A DNA stretch of 64,000 nt from Gammaproteobacteria bacterium (GTDB lineage Bacteria; Pseudomonadota; Gammaproteobacteria; UBA4575), in contig CBDEUS010000002.1 in the NCBI GenBank assembly GCA_965243395.1, positions 992,001 through 1,056,000 on the forward strand. The letters run 5' to 3'. Positions 18,834 through 29,479 of this stretch are shown one piece after another (positions within the stretch are counted from its first letter, which is position 1; each line of letters begins with the position of its first letter). The translations under genes were made by a program, and so were the position numbers. The notes beneath the pieces were generated by a model. It was not told the origin of the DNA, searched no databases, and worked only from the letters and a program-made list of their open reading frames with translations.

Positions 18834-19709
18834 GTGTTCCGAGGTAGCATGGTCGCGATGGCGACACCCATGCATGAAGACGGTGCGGTCGACTACGACG
18901 CATTGGCTAAATATATAGAGTTTCATATTGAACATGAAACGGATGCTTTAGTGCCCGCCGGTACGACCGGTGAATCTGCAACACTGGACCATGCTGAGCA
19001 TTGTGAAGTAATAAAATTTGTTGTGGATCAAGTGAAAAGACGTGTTCCGGTAATTGCAGGTACAGGTGCAAATTCTACTCAAGAGGCAATCGATTTAACT
19101 CAGTGTGCGAAAGATGCGGGAGCCGATGCTTGTTTATTAGTATCACCTTACTATAACAAGCCAACTCAAGAGGGTTTAGTGCTGCATCATCAAGCCATAG
19201 CTAAAGCTGTGGCAATACCTCAAATTCTTTATAACGTGCCTGGGCGTACTGCTTGTGATTTGTTGCCAGAAACTGCAATTCGTCTTTCTAAAGTAGATAA
19301 TATTGTGGGTATTAAAGAAGCAACTGGTGAAATCAATCGATGTACACAAATCTTAGATGGTAGTCCTGATGGTTTTATGCTGATTAGTGGGGATGACGAT
19401 TCAGCAATGGAGTTTTTATTATCAGGAGGTTGTGGAGTGATCACCGTTACAGGAAACGTAGCCCCTAAATTATTTCATGATATGTGCATGGCATGTCTCG
19501 ATGGTGATCGACACAAAGCACAAGAGATAAATGCTAAATTAGAAAAGTTGAACAAGGACTTATTTGTTGAGTCTAATCCTATACCGGTTAAATGGTGTTT
19601 AACCGAAATGGGCTTATTTCCCTCAGGCGTGCGTTTACCTATGACCACTTTATCTGCTCAGTATCATGACACCTTACGGCAAGCACTATCGGCTGCTGGT
19701 TCAATATAA
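18834..19709 (+). CDS. dapA: 4-hydroxy-tetrahydrodipicolinate synthase
   Basis: GTTGES, YYNKP, YNVPGRT and GIKEA motifs. Confidence 0.97.
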   Translation: MFRGSMVAMATPMHEDGAVDYDALAKYIEFHIEHETDALVPAGTTGESATLDHAEHCEVIKFVVDQVKRRVPVIAGTGANSTQEAIDLTQCAKDAGADACLLVSPYYNKPTQEGLVLHHQAIAKAVAIPQILYNVPGRTACDLLPETAIRLSKVDNIVGIKEATGEINRCTQILDGSPDGFMLISGDDDSAMEFLLSGGCGVITVTGNVAPKLFHDMCMACLDGDRHKAQEINAKLEKLNKDLFVESNPIPVKWCLTEMGLFPSGVRLPMTTLSAQYHDTLRQALSAAGSI

Positions 19710-19730
19710 ATATATAAGGATCATAAATTA

Positions 19731-20777
19731 GTGCGAAAAATTTACATCATTTGCATTTTATTTTCTTTACTACAAATTAATGCGTGTGGATTTTTACAGC
19801 TTGGCTCGGACTATGCTGATGCTGGTTCCACCAACCCATTAGAAGCTCCACCTGATTTAGTTACACCACAGTGGGAAGATAGTTTAGAAATACCTAAAAC
19901 TGCAAATGATCGCGTGAGCGCATTAGAGACTCAAGGGCCAGCATTAGGTGCAGCAGTATTGCCCGAATTTGTTGATGTGCGCGTACGTCGTGAAGGACCT
20001 ACAACTTGGTTAGAAGTAGATAGCGATCCTGTTTCTCTATGGCCGGCAATTCGAAGCTTTTGGCAAGATCAAGGTTATCCAATTGGTGCTGATGAACCTT
20101 TGTTGGGTTATATCGAAACGGAATGGAAGCAACATACAGATCGTTCATTTAGTAGTGAGACCAATCAAGAAAGTTATGATGTAATTGGTGAAAAATTTCG
20201 AACCCGTCTTGAGCGTCAACCCAATGCGGTTACGAATATTTTCTTAACTCATCGTGGTGCTGAAGTTGCAGCCATAAATAAGCAAAATCAAATTTTATGG
20301 AAACCACAAGCACCTAATGGTGAGCGCGAAACTGAAATGATGATCCGCTTAATGGAGTTTTTGGGTAATACAAGACTAGAAGCACAACAGAAACTCGCTG
20401 GAGCTGACGCACAGTTTTTGTATCTTGATATTAAAGATATCGGTGGCGTACCTGTACTTGTTGTTGGTGATATTTATTCACGTGTTTGGCGACGTACCGG
20501 GGTAGCGTTAGATCGTTCTGGTTTAGTGGTTGAAGATCATGATCGCAATAAAGGCGTTTACTTTGTTGCAGTTGATCTTGCGCCTGTGGGTGTGCCAGTT
20601 GAGGAAGCAAACACAGAGAAAGTGTTTTATGAAATCCACTTATTGGGTCAAGGAAAGCAGACATTAATTACTGCACATCAAGTCGATCAAGAAGAAGGTG
20701 TAATCACTCCAGAAACAGCAAGGCAGTTGTTGAAGCGGGTGGTGGCTGCGTATCCTGGGAGTTATCCAAATTCCTAG
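19731..20777 (+). CDS. bamC: Outer membrane protein assembly factor BamC-like lipoprotein
   Basis: Lipobox INAC; PLEAPPDL and WRRTGVALDR; follows dapA. Confidence 0.82.
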   Translation: MRKIYIICILFSLLQINACGFLQLGSDYADAGSTNPLEAPPDLVTPQWEDSLEIPKTANDRVSALETQGPALGAAVLPEFVDVRVRREGPTTWLEVDSDPVSLWPAIRSFWQDQGYPIGADEPLLGYIETEWKQHTDRSFSSETNQESYDVIGEKFRTRLERQPNAVTNIFLTHRGAEVAAINKQNQILWKPQAPNGERETEMMIRLMEFLGNTRLEAQQKLAGADAQFLYLDIKDIGGVPVLVVGDIYSRVWRRTGVALDRSGLVVEDHDRNKGVYFVAVDLAPVGVPVEEANTEKVFYEIHLLGQGKQTLITAHQVDQEEGVITPETARQLLKRVVAAYPGSYPNS

Positions 20778-20783
20778 ATGAAT

Positions 20784-20902
20784 GAAGCCCTGAATTAGCT
20801 TTATGCTTCGTTAAATTAATTTTTCAAAATACTCATTTACGAATTTGTAAACTCCGTTTTTTAAAAATTAATTTGTCTTGCCTAAAACTAATTCAGAACT
20901 TC
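20784..20902. repeat. Long palindromic MITE-like element, copy 1
   Basis: GAAGCCCTGAATTAG...CTAATTCAGAACTTC ends; internal CTTCGTTAAA...CTCATTTAC...GTAAACTCCG. Confidence 0.8.
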
Positions 20903-20974
20903 TTTGTATTCATTTAAGTCTTTTAAACTTATATATGCCTGATCTCCATACATGGCCTTAGAAGCGATTAGTTG

Positions 20975-22843
20975 CTAAGAAGTTTGTTTTGTTTTTTCTT
21001 CTGTAAATTCTTTAATTGATTTCAATATAGATTCAGCATCTAAACCTGCTTCTTCTAGTAGTTCCTCGCGTGATGCGTGATTTTGGTATGCATCAGGTAA
21101 GCCTAGGTTTTTAATTTTCACAGTTTTATTTTTAGCTAATACTTCATTCACCGTACTTCCAGCACCCCCGGCAATAACATTATCTTCAACAGTAATGAGA
21201 TACTTGTGTTGCTGGGCAATTTTTTTGACAAGTGCATTATCAATTGGCTTAACGAAACGCATATTCACCACCGTAGCATTAAGTTTTTCACCAGCCTGTA
21301 ATGCGTCATATACCGGACTGCCGAAAACTAATATCGCAATATCTTTTCCTTCGCGTAAGACTTTTGCTTTTCCAATTTCAATTTCTCGCATATCTGGAGA
21401 AACAGGAGCGCCAGGTCCACTACCACGCGGATAACGCACTGCTGTTGGGCAATCTTGCAGATGTGCGGTGTACAGCATGCGTCGAGTTTCATTTTCATCC
21501 GCTGGGGTCATGACAATCATATTGGGTATGCAACGAAGGTAAGTTAAGTCAAAACTTCCTGCATGAGTTTGACCGTCTGGTCCCACTACACCGGCACGAT
21601 CGATTGCAAACACAACAGGTAAGTTTTGCACTGCTACATCATGAATCAGTTGGTCATAAGCACGTTGTAAAAAGGTCGAATAAATTGCTACTACTGGTTT
21701 TAATTTTTCACATGCCATACCAGCAGCAAGGGTTACTGCGTGTTGCTCGGCAATTGCAACATCAAAATAACGATCAGGGAATTTTTTTGAAAACTCCACT
21801 AAACCAGAACCTTCACGCATAGCAGGGGTTATGGCCATTACCCGTTCATCTTGTTCAGCAATATCGCAAATCCAATCGCTAAATACTTTTGTATAAGTTG
21901 TTTTGGGTTTTTTGTTTGATTTTACGACTCCAACACTAGGGTCGAATGAAGGTACAGCATGATAACCAACGGGGTCTGATTCAGCTTTTTCATAACCTTT
22001 ACCTTTGCGTGTAACGATATGCAAGAGGCGTGGGCCTTGTAAGCGTTTTAAGTTTTGCAGTGTTTTCACTAAGCCTGAAACATCATGACCATCAACCGGG
22101 CCAAAATAATTTACACCCATTTCCTCAAACAATGTTCCAGGTGCAATCATGCCTTTAATATGTTCTTCAGTGCGTTTAGCTAACTCATGCATAGGAGGAA
22201 TTGGCTCTAATAATTTTTTGCTACCTTCACGCATAGTTGAAAAGACACGTCCCGATAACATGCGTGTTAAATAATTTGTCATCGCACCAACATTCGGTGA
22301 AATAGACATTTCATTATCATTTAAAATAACAAGTAAGTCGGCTCGGCAAGCACCTAAATGATTTAGCGCTTCATAAGCCAATCCTGCTGTAAGTCCACCA
22401 TCACCTATTATTGCTACTACTTTTCGTTTGTCAGTATGTTGACTTGCAATCGCCATGCCGAGTGCTGCACTGATCGAGGTACTGGAATGACCAACGCCAA
22501 AATGATCATACTCACTCTCACTACGTTTAGGGAATGGAGCTAATCCGCCCTTGGTGCGAATAGTAGTAATTTGATTTTTACGCCCGGTAAGAATTTTATG
22601 TGGATAACATTGATGACCGACATCCCAAACAATACGGTCGTGAGGTGTATTAAAAACATAATGTAATGCTGTGGTTATTTCTATTGCGCCAAGCCCCGCT
22701 GCAAAGTGTCCTCCACTGGTAGCTACAGAATCTAATAAATAAGACCTTAATTCTTGCGCAACTGCAGGCAGTTGTTTGGCATCAAGCGCTCGCAAATCCG
22801 CAGGGAAAGTGATGTTATCTAGTAAAGGATATGACTGGCTCAT
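20975..22843 (-). CDS. dxs: 1-deoxy-D-xylulose-5-phosphate synthase
   Basis: [26 protein letters not shown] and [10 protein letters not shown] motifs. Confidence 0.98.
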   Translation of the reverse strand: MSQSYPLLDNITFPADLRALDAKQLPAVAQELRSYLLDSVATSGGHFAAGLGAIEITTALHYVFNTPHDRIVWDVGHQCYPHKILTGRKNQITTIRTKGGLAPFPKRSESEYDHFGVGHSSTSISAALGMAIASQHTDKRKVVAIIGDGGLTAGLAYEALNHLGACRADLLVILNDNEMSISPNVGAMTNYLTRMLSGRVFSTMREGSKKLLEPIPPMHELAKRTEEHIKGMIAPGTLFEEMGVNYFGPVDGHDVSGLVKTLQNLKRLQGPRLLHIVTRKGKGYEKAESDPVGYHAVPSFDPSVGVVKSNKKPKTTYTKVFSDWICDIAEQDERVMAITPAMREGSGLVEFSKKFPDRYFDVAIAEQHAVTLAAGMACEKLKPVVAIYSTFLQRAYDQLIHDVAVQNLPVVFAIDRAGVVGPDGQTHAGSFDLTYLRCIPNMIVMTPADENETRRMLYTAHLQDCPTAVRYPRGSGPGAPVSPDMREIEIGKAKVLREGKDIAILVFGSPVYDALQAGEKLNATVVNMRFVKPIDNALVKKIAQQHKYLITVEDNVIAGGAGSTVNEVLAKNKTVKIKNLGLPDAYQNHASREELLEEAGLDAESILKSIKEFTEEKTKQTS

Positions 22844-22863
22844 ATTGAGGAATATATTTAAAT

Positions 22864-23796
22864 TTATGAATCGCGCGTTACCATGTACTCGCTTATCGCA
22901 CGTAAATTTTGAGCACGTTCATCCAATTCTTTAATTTCTTCTAGTGCTTGTTGTAATAAATTATTAGCGCTAAGTTCAGCTTGTGCTATTCCCACAATGC
23001 TAGGGTAGGTGGGTTTATTTTGTGCAGCATCTGAACCTTGTGGCTTACCTAACGTTACCGTGTCTGATTGAATATCTAAAATATCATCACGTATTTGAAA
23101 GGCGAGTCCAACTTTTTCCGAAAAATGCGCAAAATGTGCATACATTTCAGGGTCATTTATATCACTAGCCACTACGGCCATTAAAACACTCGTTTGTATT
23201 AATGCTGCAGTTTTCAAGGTGTGCATATTCGTAATTTGTGATTCATTTAATTGCTTATTGACGGAAGCCAAGTCAATTGCTTGACCACCTGCCATACCTA
23301 AAGAGCCAGAAGATTTTGCAAGTAGCTGAATCATTTTGACACGTTGATCATCTGTAATTTCTGCATTTGCAAGAATGCTAAATGCAAGTGCTTGGATTGC
23401 ATCTCCCGCAAGAATAGCGGTCGCTTCAGTAAATGCTTTATGACAAGTCGGGCGGCCACGACGTAAATCATCATTATCCATGGCGGGTAAATCGTCATGG
23501 ATCAGAGAATAACTATGCATTAGCTCTACGGCGCAGGCTGCACAGTCTAAATTGGTTAAGTTACAGCTAAGGGCTTCACCTGTTGCATACACTAGGGCAG
23601 GCCGGATTCGTTTACCGCCGCCTAACACCGAGTAACGCATAGCTTGATGCAGCGTCTTAGGTGAGTCAGTATCTTTTGGTAATTCAATTTCTAGCTGCTG
23701 ATTGACGCGATTAGCATATAGATTAATTAAATCTTCTACGCATAATTGCTCAGCAATAGCTGCACCGATCATTTCATTCGTCTTTAGGATTTTCAT
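22864..23796 (-). CDS. ispA: Farnesyl diphosphate synthase (start uncertain)
   Basis: [24 protein letters not shown] and FQIRDDILD motifs. Confidence 0.95.
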   Translation of the reverse strand: MKILKTNEMIGAAIAEQLCVEDLINLYANRVNQQLEIELPKDTDSPKTLHQAMRYSVLGGGKRIRPALVYATGEALSCNLTNLDCAACAVELMHSYSLIHDDLPAMDNDDLRRGRPTCHKAFTEATAILAGDAIQALAFSILANAEITDDQRVKMIQLLAKSSGSLGMAGGQAIDLASVNKQLNESQITNMHTLKTAALIQTSVLMAVVASDINDPEMYAHFAHFSEKVGLAFQIRDDILDIQSDTVTLGKPQGSDAAQNKPTYPSIVGIAQAELSANNLLQQALEEIKELDERAQNLRAISEYMVTRDS

Positions 23797-24031
23797 TGCT
23801 GTCGAAATCCTTTTCTACCCAATCTTTATTTTCTTTATTAAGCACTGAAATTTTTTGTTCAGCAGTTTGTAAAGCTTGGCGACACTCTCGTGTTAGCTTT
23901 ACACCTTGTTCAAAGTTTTTCAGAGAATCTTCTAATGACAAATCGCCTTTTTCTAACTTATCAACCAAAGTTTCAAGTTCTTTTAAAGATTTTTCAAAAT
24001 CAATAGTTTTAGCAGTTGGTTTACGTGCCAC
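23774..24031 (-). CDS. xseB: Exodeoxyribonuclease VII small subunit
   Basis: FEKSLKELE..V..LE.G.LSLEDSL..FEQG; xseB-ispA-dxs order. Confidence 0.95.
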   Translation of the reverse strand: MARKPTAKTIDFEKSLKELETLVDKLEKGDLSLEDSLKNFEQGVKLTRECRQALQTAEQKISVLNKENKDWVEKDFDSNENPKDE

Positions 24032-24088
24032 AATAATTCCTATATTTTTAATGAATCACTTATTTTGATATCTCGGTGATAGGTCTAG

Positions 24089-24143
24089 TTGACATGCTTT
24101 TAGACCTGTTCTAAAGTTCCATAAAGTTTAGACTAAGTCTAAA
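24089..24143 (+). promoter_or_regulatory. Sigma-70 promoter with two Fur-family (Irr/PerR-like) boxes
   Basis: TTGACA(24089)-N17-TAAAGT(24112); TTTAGAC-CTG-TTCTAAA (24099-24115) and TTTAGAC-TAA-GTCTAAA (24127-24143). Confidence 0.7.
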
Positions 24144-24207
24144 TCAGAATAAAATCGGCAAATTCATCATGTCTTTGCTGTAATCATAATAGCTGGAGGT
24201 AGCGATA

Positions 24208-24624
24208 ATGTCTCTAAAAGGCAGTAAAACAGAAGAAAATCTAAAAGCCGCATTTGCGGGCGAATCACAGGCGAATCGTCGATATTTATATTTTGCAGCT
24301 AAGGCTGACGTAGAAGGTTACAACGATGTGTCCGCTGTATTTCGCTCAACTGCGGAAGGGGAAACGGGTCATGCTCATGGACATCTGGAATATCTAGAAG
24401 AATGTGGTGATCCTGCTACTGGATTACCCATTGGTGGAACTAGTGATAATTTAAAAGCCGCAATCGCTGGCGAAACTCACGAATATACCGATATGTATCC
24501 AGGCATGGCAAAAACCGCTCGTGAAGAAAGTTTTGATGAGGTTGCAGATTGGTTTGAAACACTTGCTAAAGCTGAGCGTTCCCATGCAAACCGTTTCCAA
24601 AAAGCATTAGATACTTTAGATTAA
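24208..24624 (+). CDS. rbr: Rubrerythrin (short form, no rubredoxin domain)
   Basis: [23 protein letters not shown] and AERSHA di-iron motifs. Confidence 0.94.
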   Translation: MSLKGSKTEENLKAAFAGESQANRRYLYFAAKADVEGYNDVSAVFRSTAEGETGHAHGHLEYLEECGDPATGLPIGGTSDNLKAAIAGETHEYTDMYPGMAKTAREESFDEVADWFETLAKAERSHANRFQKALDTLD

Positions 24625-24730
24625 GTTAGATTTAACAACACTTAATTGTCGATAAGATTTTGCAGAGTACAAACCGTAATTATGCGGTTTGTACAATGCA
24701 GAAGTTTTCAAAAACACAACAGGATTTTTT

Positions 24731-26056
24731 ATGAGAGAGGGTAGCTTAGAAGCACCTACAAGACATCCTATTGATTGGCAAGATCCAAAGTTTTATGACG
24801 AAGAGGATCTCAATGCAGAATTAGAACGTGTTTATGATATTTGTCATGGATGCAGACGCTGTGTAAGTCTGTGTAATTCTTTTCCAACATTATTTGATTT
24901 AGTGGATGAATCCGACACCATGGAAGTAGATGGTGTTGCAAAAGAAGATTACATCAAAGTAGTTGATCATTGTTATTTATGTGATCTCTGTTTTTTAACT
25001 AAATGTCCTTATGTGCCGCCACATGAATGGAATGTGGATTTCCCGCATTTAATGCTACGTGCAAAAGCTATCAAGTTTAAAAAGCAGGGAGCGTCTAAGC
25101 GAGACAACATGTTGAGCAACACTGACAAAAACGGCAGGTTCTATGGAATTCCTGTTGTTGCACAAACGGTCAATGCTGTGAATAAAAATACCATTGCACG
25201 TAAACAAATTAAAAAGTCACTAGGTATTCACCCTGATGCATACTTGCCTGGCTATGTAAGTAAACCTGCAAAAAAGCAGTTCGCTAAACATCAATCTACC
25301 GTAAGTCCAACTGCTGTGGGCAGCACTACAGGCAAAGTTGCTATTTATACAACCTGTTATGGGAATCATAATGAACCAGAGCTGGTGGAAGGACTCATCA
25401 AAATTTTTGAGCACAATAACATTGCAGCCAAAATTATCACTCAAGATAAGTGTTGTAGTATGCCTAAATTAGAATTAGGGGATTTAGCTTCCGTTGCTGC
25501 AAACAAAGAACACAATATTCCCATATTATTAGATGTGATCCACGACGGCTGGGATATTATCGCTCCTGTTCCTTCTTGCGTGTTGATGTTTAAACAAGAA
25601 TTACCTTTGATGTTTCCCGAAGATGAAGCCTTAAAGAAAGTGCAACAATCAATTTTTGATCCGTTTGAATATCTAGCGCTACGTCACAAAGAAGAGCTGC
25701 TCAATACAGAATTTAAAACCTCACTTGGAAAAGTTTCCTATCACGCTCCGTGCCACTTACGTGTACAAAATATGGGAAATAAAACACGCGATATTTTGAG
25801 CTTAGTGCCAGATACTGAAATTGAGCTCATTGAACGATGTGCTGGGCATGACGGCACCTATGCGGTTAAGGAAGAATTTCATGAGGTGTCAATGAAAATT
25901 GCAAGGCCGGTGGTAAATAAAATTAAGAAAAATGAACCCGACTATTTTTCTAGTGATTGCCCTTTAGCAGGCCATCATCTAGCAAATGGTATCGATAAAA
26001 ATCAATCTTCACCAACCCATCCTATATCGTTGCTAAAAATTGCTTACGGACTATAA
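24731..26056 (+). CDS. Rubrerythrin-associated Fe-S oxidoreductase (GlpC/Hdr-like); likely start 24731
   Basis: CHGCRRCVSLC and CYLCDLC...KCPY clusters; CCG-like domains. Confidence 0.9.
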   Translation: MREGSLEAPTRHPIDWQDPKFYDEEDLNAELERVYDICHGCRRCVSLCNSFPTLFDLVDESDTMEVDGVAKEDYIKVVDHCYLCDLCFLTKCPYVPPHEWNVDFPHLMLRAKAIKFKKQGASKRDNMLSNTDKNGRFYGIPVVAQTVNAVNKNTIARKQIKKSLGIHPDAYLPGYVSKPAKKQFAKHQSTVSPTAVGSTTGKVAIYTTCYGNHNEPELVEGLIKIFEHNNIAAKIITQDKCCSMPKLELGDLASVAANKEHNIPILLDVIHDGWDIIAPVPSCVLMFKQELPLMFPEDEALKKVQQSIFDPFEYLALRHKEELLNTEFKTSLGKVSYHAPCHLRVQNMGNKTRDILSLVPDTEIELIERCAGHDGTYAVKEEFHEVSMKIARPVVNKIKKNEPDYFSSDCPLAGHHLANGIDKNQSSPTHPISLLKIAYGL

Positions 26057-26064
26057 ATCCAAAA

Positions 26065-26649
26065 ATGGAAAAACTCACACGACAAGACTTACATTCTTTG
26101 GAAGACTATTCTGCTATGCGTGATGAATTTCGTGCACAAGTGATTCAACATAAAAAAAATAGAGTGTTACAAGTGGGTCCTAATGTCACTATGCATTTTG
26201 AAGATCGTCTTGTAATGCATTACCAAATTCAAGAAATGTTGCGTGCAGAAAAAATATTTGAAAGTGATGGCATACAGGAAGAATTAGATGCCTATAATCC
26301 AATGATTCCAGATGGTAGTAACTGGAAAGTCACCTTTATGATCGAGTTCCCTGATCCTGAAGAGCGTGCTGTGCGTTTAAAAGAGCTGTTAGGAATTGAA
26401 GATACTACTTATGTACAAGTATCAGGATATGAAAAAGTACATCCAATTTCAGATGAAGACTTACCACGTGAAACGGCAGAAAAAACTTCATCAGTACATT
26501 TCATGCGTTTTGAATTAACATCTGAGATGGTAAGTGCTTTGAAAGACGGCGCAGCAATAAGTGCAGGGATTGACCATCCTAAATATCAGCATGCGATTGA
26601 AGCTTTACCGATTTCAATGAGAGATTCTTTAGTTGCTGATTTGGATTAA
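26065..26649 (+). CDS. DUF3501 family protein
   Basis: YQIQEMLRAE, ELDAYNP, SSVHFMRF; third gene of the rbr cluster. Confidence 0.88.
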   Translation: MEKLTRQDLHSLEDYSAMRDEFRAQVIQHKKNRVLQVGPNVTMHFEDRLVMHYQIQEMLRAEKIFESDGIQEELDAYNPMIPDGSNWKVTFMIEFPDPEERAVRLKELLGIEDTTYVQVSGYEKVHPISDEDLPRETAEKTSSVHFMRFELTSEMVSALKDGAAISAGIDHPKYQHAIEALPISMRDSLVADLD

Positions 26650-26653
26650 TTGA

Positions 26654-26674
26654 TGAGTGCGTGGAAGCGCAAAT
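26654..26674 (+). repeat. Isolated fragment of the GGA-hairpin end element
   Basis: TGAGTGCGTGGAAGCGCAAAT, 17/21 identical to copy B TGAGCGCAGGGAAGCGCGAAT. Confidence 0.5.
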
Positions 26675-27097
26675 TTAATATTCTAGCTTTTGTTTTAGTA
26701 GGTATTGCACGAAGCTAATTCGAGATTGCCTGTTTTTCCTCACTTTATGATGTTCACACCATTTCGCATAATCTTTAGCTTTAACCTTTACGCGTTCAAA
26801 AGGTTTGCTGCGACGAAGTAAGGCGAGGGTGGCTTTATCTGCGTTACTTAACCATTGTTGATATGTGTTATGTAGTGTTTCAGGATCCTCACAAATCTTT
26901 TTTATTTTTTTCCACTCATTTTCATCGTACCAAGGAATAGCGATTACACTTAATTCAGATGTTTCTGAATAGCGATTAATTTTACGAAAAGTGACCCATG
27001 GCATGCCTATTGTATCTGCCATTCTCTTAATCGTAGAGTCGCCTTGGAAAAACTTCATATATTCTTTTATCTGCTTGAGTAGTATTAGCTTAAGCAA
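26675..27097 (-). CDS. Hypothetical protein (start uncertain)
   Basis: Fills the gap between convergent genes; globular-looking C-terminal domain (PWY...W...D...TY..W). Confidence 0.7.
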   Translation of the reverse strand: MLKLILLKQIKEYMKFFQGDSTIKRMADTIGMPWVTFRKINRYSETSELSVIAIPWYDENEWKKIKKICEDPETLHNTYQQWLSNADKATLALLRRSKPFERVKVKAKDYAKWCEHHKVRKNRQSRISFVQYLLKQKLEY

Positions 27098-27212
27098 AAA
27101 AGATTAGAAGATATGTTTTGACCAGATATAAGGAATACTAAAGAGGTTTAAAATGAGCTTTTCTGATTTAAATTCAAGATAAAAAAATCAACCCAATCGT
27201 TAGAAATGGATA

Positions 27213-28061
27213 TCATTTGCGAATATTCACACGTTTAGGTAATTCGTCGAACTCAATCTGCTCTTCACCATTGTAGACAAGAAAGGCTTTGCCTTTTGCG
27301 CGGGCGATCATAACGATGCCTAAGTCTCGTGCCAGTTCTAAGCCCATATTCGTAACACCGGATCGTGAAAGTAAAACGGGGATGCCCATGTTGGCAGATT
27401 TCATCACCATTTCTGAAGTTAAACGTCCAGTGGTGTAAAAAATTTTGTCATCGCCTTGCTGGTGTTCCAGCCACATCCAACCTGAAATGGCATCTGCAGC
27501 ATTATGTCGACCCACATCTTCAACGAATTTTAAAATTTCAGTGTCTTTGCATAAGGCACAACCATGTACCGCACCGGCTTTTTTATAAATATCATTAAAT
27601 TTGGTGATTGCAGCCAGTAATTCATAAATTTTAGATTGTTTTAGTGAAACCTTTGGAAGTTTTTCATCATAAAGCTTATCTAATGTGCAACTGAATACAG
27701 TACCTTGTCCACAACCAGAAGTTACCGTGCGTTTACTGAGCTTTTCTTCCCAATCAGTAATTTCTTTTTCAGGCATCAGATTTACATCAACACGTTCTTT
27801 GTTCCAATCCACACTTACCGATTCAATATCTGTAATGTTTTCTAGCAAGCGTTGATTACGTAAATAACCCAGTGCCAATTCTTCAGGGTGTGTGCCGAGC
27901 GTCATTAAAGTAACAATTTCTCGATCGTTCACTTTCAAAGTTAATGGTGATTCTCCGGCTACATGCACTTCTTTATTTTCACCAAATTGATTTATGGCAT
28001 TTACTGCATGTGTGGGCGATAAGCCCTGTTGTGAAAGTTTGGGTCGATAGACTTTATCCAT
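27213..28061 (-). CDS. fdhD: Formate dehydrogenase accessory sulfurtransferase FdhD
   Basis: SGCGQG, GAVHGCA, EDVGRHNAAD and TGRLTSEMV motifs. Confidence 0.94.
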   Translation of the reverse strand: MDKVYRPKLSQQGLSPTHAVNAINQFGENKEVHVAGESPLTLKVNDREIVTLMTLGTHPEELALGYLRNQRLLENITDIESVSVDWNKERVDVNLMPEKEITDWEEKLSKRTVTSGCGQGTVFSCTLDKLYDEKLPKVSLKQSKIYELLAAITKFNDIYKKAGAVHGCALCKDTEILKFVEDVGRHNAADAISGWMWLEHQQGDDKIFYTTGRLTSEMVMKSANMGIPVLLSRSGVTNMGLELARDLGIVMIARAKGKAFLVYNGEEQIEFDELPKRVNIRK

Positions 28062-28063
28062 GG

Positions 28064-29416
28064 CTACAATACCTTATCAATGGCCTCTTTGAGTTTATCG
28101 ACTGCTATAATTTCTAGTCCTGATATTTTTTCTTTAGGTTTATTTGCTCTTGGAATAATGGCTTTTTTGAAACCATGTTCTTTGGCTTCTTTTAAACGCG
28201 ATATTCCATTGAACACCGGTCGTATTTCACCCGTTAAACCCACTTCACCAAATGTAATTAAATTCCGATCTAGTGGTTGGTCTCTGAAACTGGAATATGC
28301 TGCAAGCAACACAGCTAAATCTGCACCGGTTTCTTTTAATGACATACCTCCCACAATATTTACAAATACATCTTTATCATAAATCGCGATACCGGCATGA
28401 CGATGTAAAATTGCAAGAAGCATTGTTAAGCGATTTTGTTCAATTCCAAGTGTAACTCTTCTTGCATGCCCGCTTGGATTGTCATCTACGAGTGATTGTA
28501 CTTCTAATAATAGTGGTCGGGTGGCTTCACAGGTAACGGTAATTACGCTCCCAGGTGTATGTTCATTGCGTTGTGACAAAAAGATTGCAGAAGGATTTTT
28601 GACTCCCTTGAGCCCAGTATCTTGCATGGCAAATACTCCGAGCTCATTTACTGCACCAAAACGATTTTTGACTGCACGTAATACTCGGTAACGCCCCCCT
28701 TCATCGCCTTCAAAATATAGAACTGTATCTACAACATGTTCTAAAACACGTGGTCCCGCGATAGCCCCATCTTTGGTTACATGACCCACAACAAAAACTG
28801 TGGTGTTAGTCTGTTTTGCGAATTGAGTGATTTGACTGGCACATTCGCGAACTTGTGAAACTGAGCCTGCAGCAGAAGGAGTTTTCTCGGATGATAAAGT
28901 CTGAATCGAGTCTATTACCATAATATTGGGTTTTTCCCGCATGGCATGGGCAAGGATTTCTTCTAAATTATTAGACGCGATGACTCTAAGCGTTGAATCT
29001 TTATAGCCTAGTCGTTCTGCACGAAGCGCCACTTGTTGTAATGACTCTTCACCCGTTACATATAATGCGCGTTCATGATCAAGTGAGCTCAAAACTTGTA
29101 GCAGCAAAGTTGATTTTCCGATTCCAGGATTACCACCGACTAAAATAACTGAGCCGGGCACAATTCCTCCGCCCAGCACACGATCTAATTCTGTAAGAGG
29201 TGTTTTTATTCGGTCATGGGTTTCACAAGTAATTTCGTTAATGCTTTGTACTTCATTTTCTGCACCTGCAAGTGCAAAAGATCCAGCTTTTTGTTTTTGA
29301 AAAACAGCAGCTTGTTTTTCTATTGAATTCCATGCACCACACTCGGAACATTGGCCCATCCATTTTGAGAAAAGGGCTGCACATTCTGTACACACATAGC
29401 TGAGTTCTTTTGCCAT
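28064..29416 (-). CDS. radA: DNA repair protein RadA/Sms
   Basis: N-terminal C4 zinc finger; PGIGKSTL and KNRFG motifs. Confidence 0.97.
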   Translation of the reverse strand: MAKELSYVCTECAALFSKWMGQCSECGAWNSIEKQAAVFQKQKAGSFALAGAENEVQSINEITCETHDRIKTPLTELDRVLGGGIVPGSVILVGGNPGIGKSTLLLQVLSSLDHERALYVTGEESLQQVALRAERLGYKDSTLRVIASNNLEEILAHAMREKPNIMVIDSIQTLSSEKTPSAAGSVSQVRECASQITQFAKQTNTTVFVVGHVTKDGAIAGPRVLEHVVDTVLYFEGDEGGRYRVLRAVKNRFGAVNELGVFAMQDTGLKGVKNPSAIFLSQRNEHTPGSVITVTCEATRPLLLEVQSLVDDNPSGHARRVTLGIEQNRLTMLLAILHRHAGIAIYDKDVFVNIVGGMSLKETGADLAVLLAAYSSFRDQPLDRNLITFGEVGLTGEIRPVFNGISRLKEAKEHGFKKAIIPRANKPKEKISGLEIIAVDKLKEAIDKVL

Positions 29417-29479
29417 GTGGTTTATTGTACTAGATGGATTAGCTTGCTTGCGTGACTCGAATGGGAGAGCTGGATAAAT

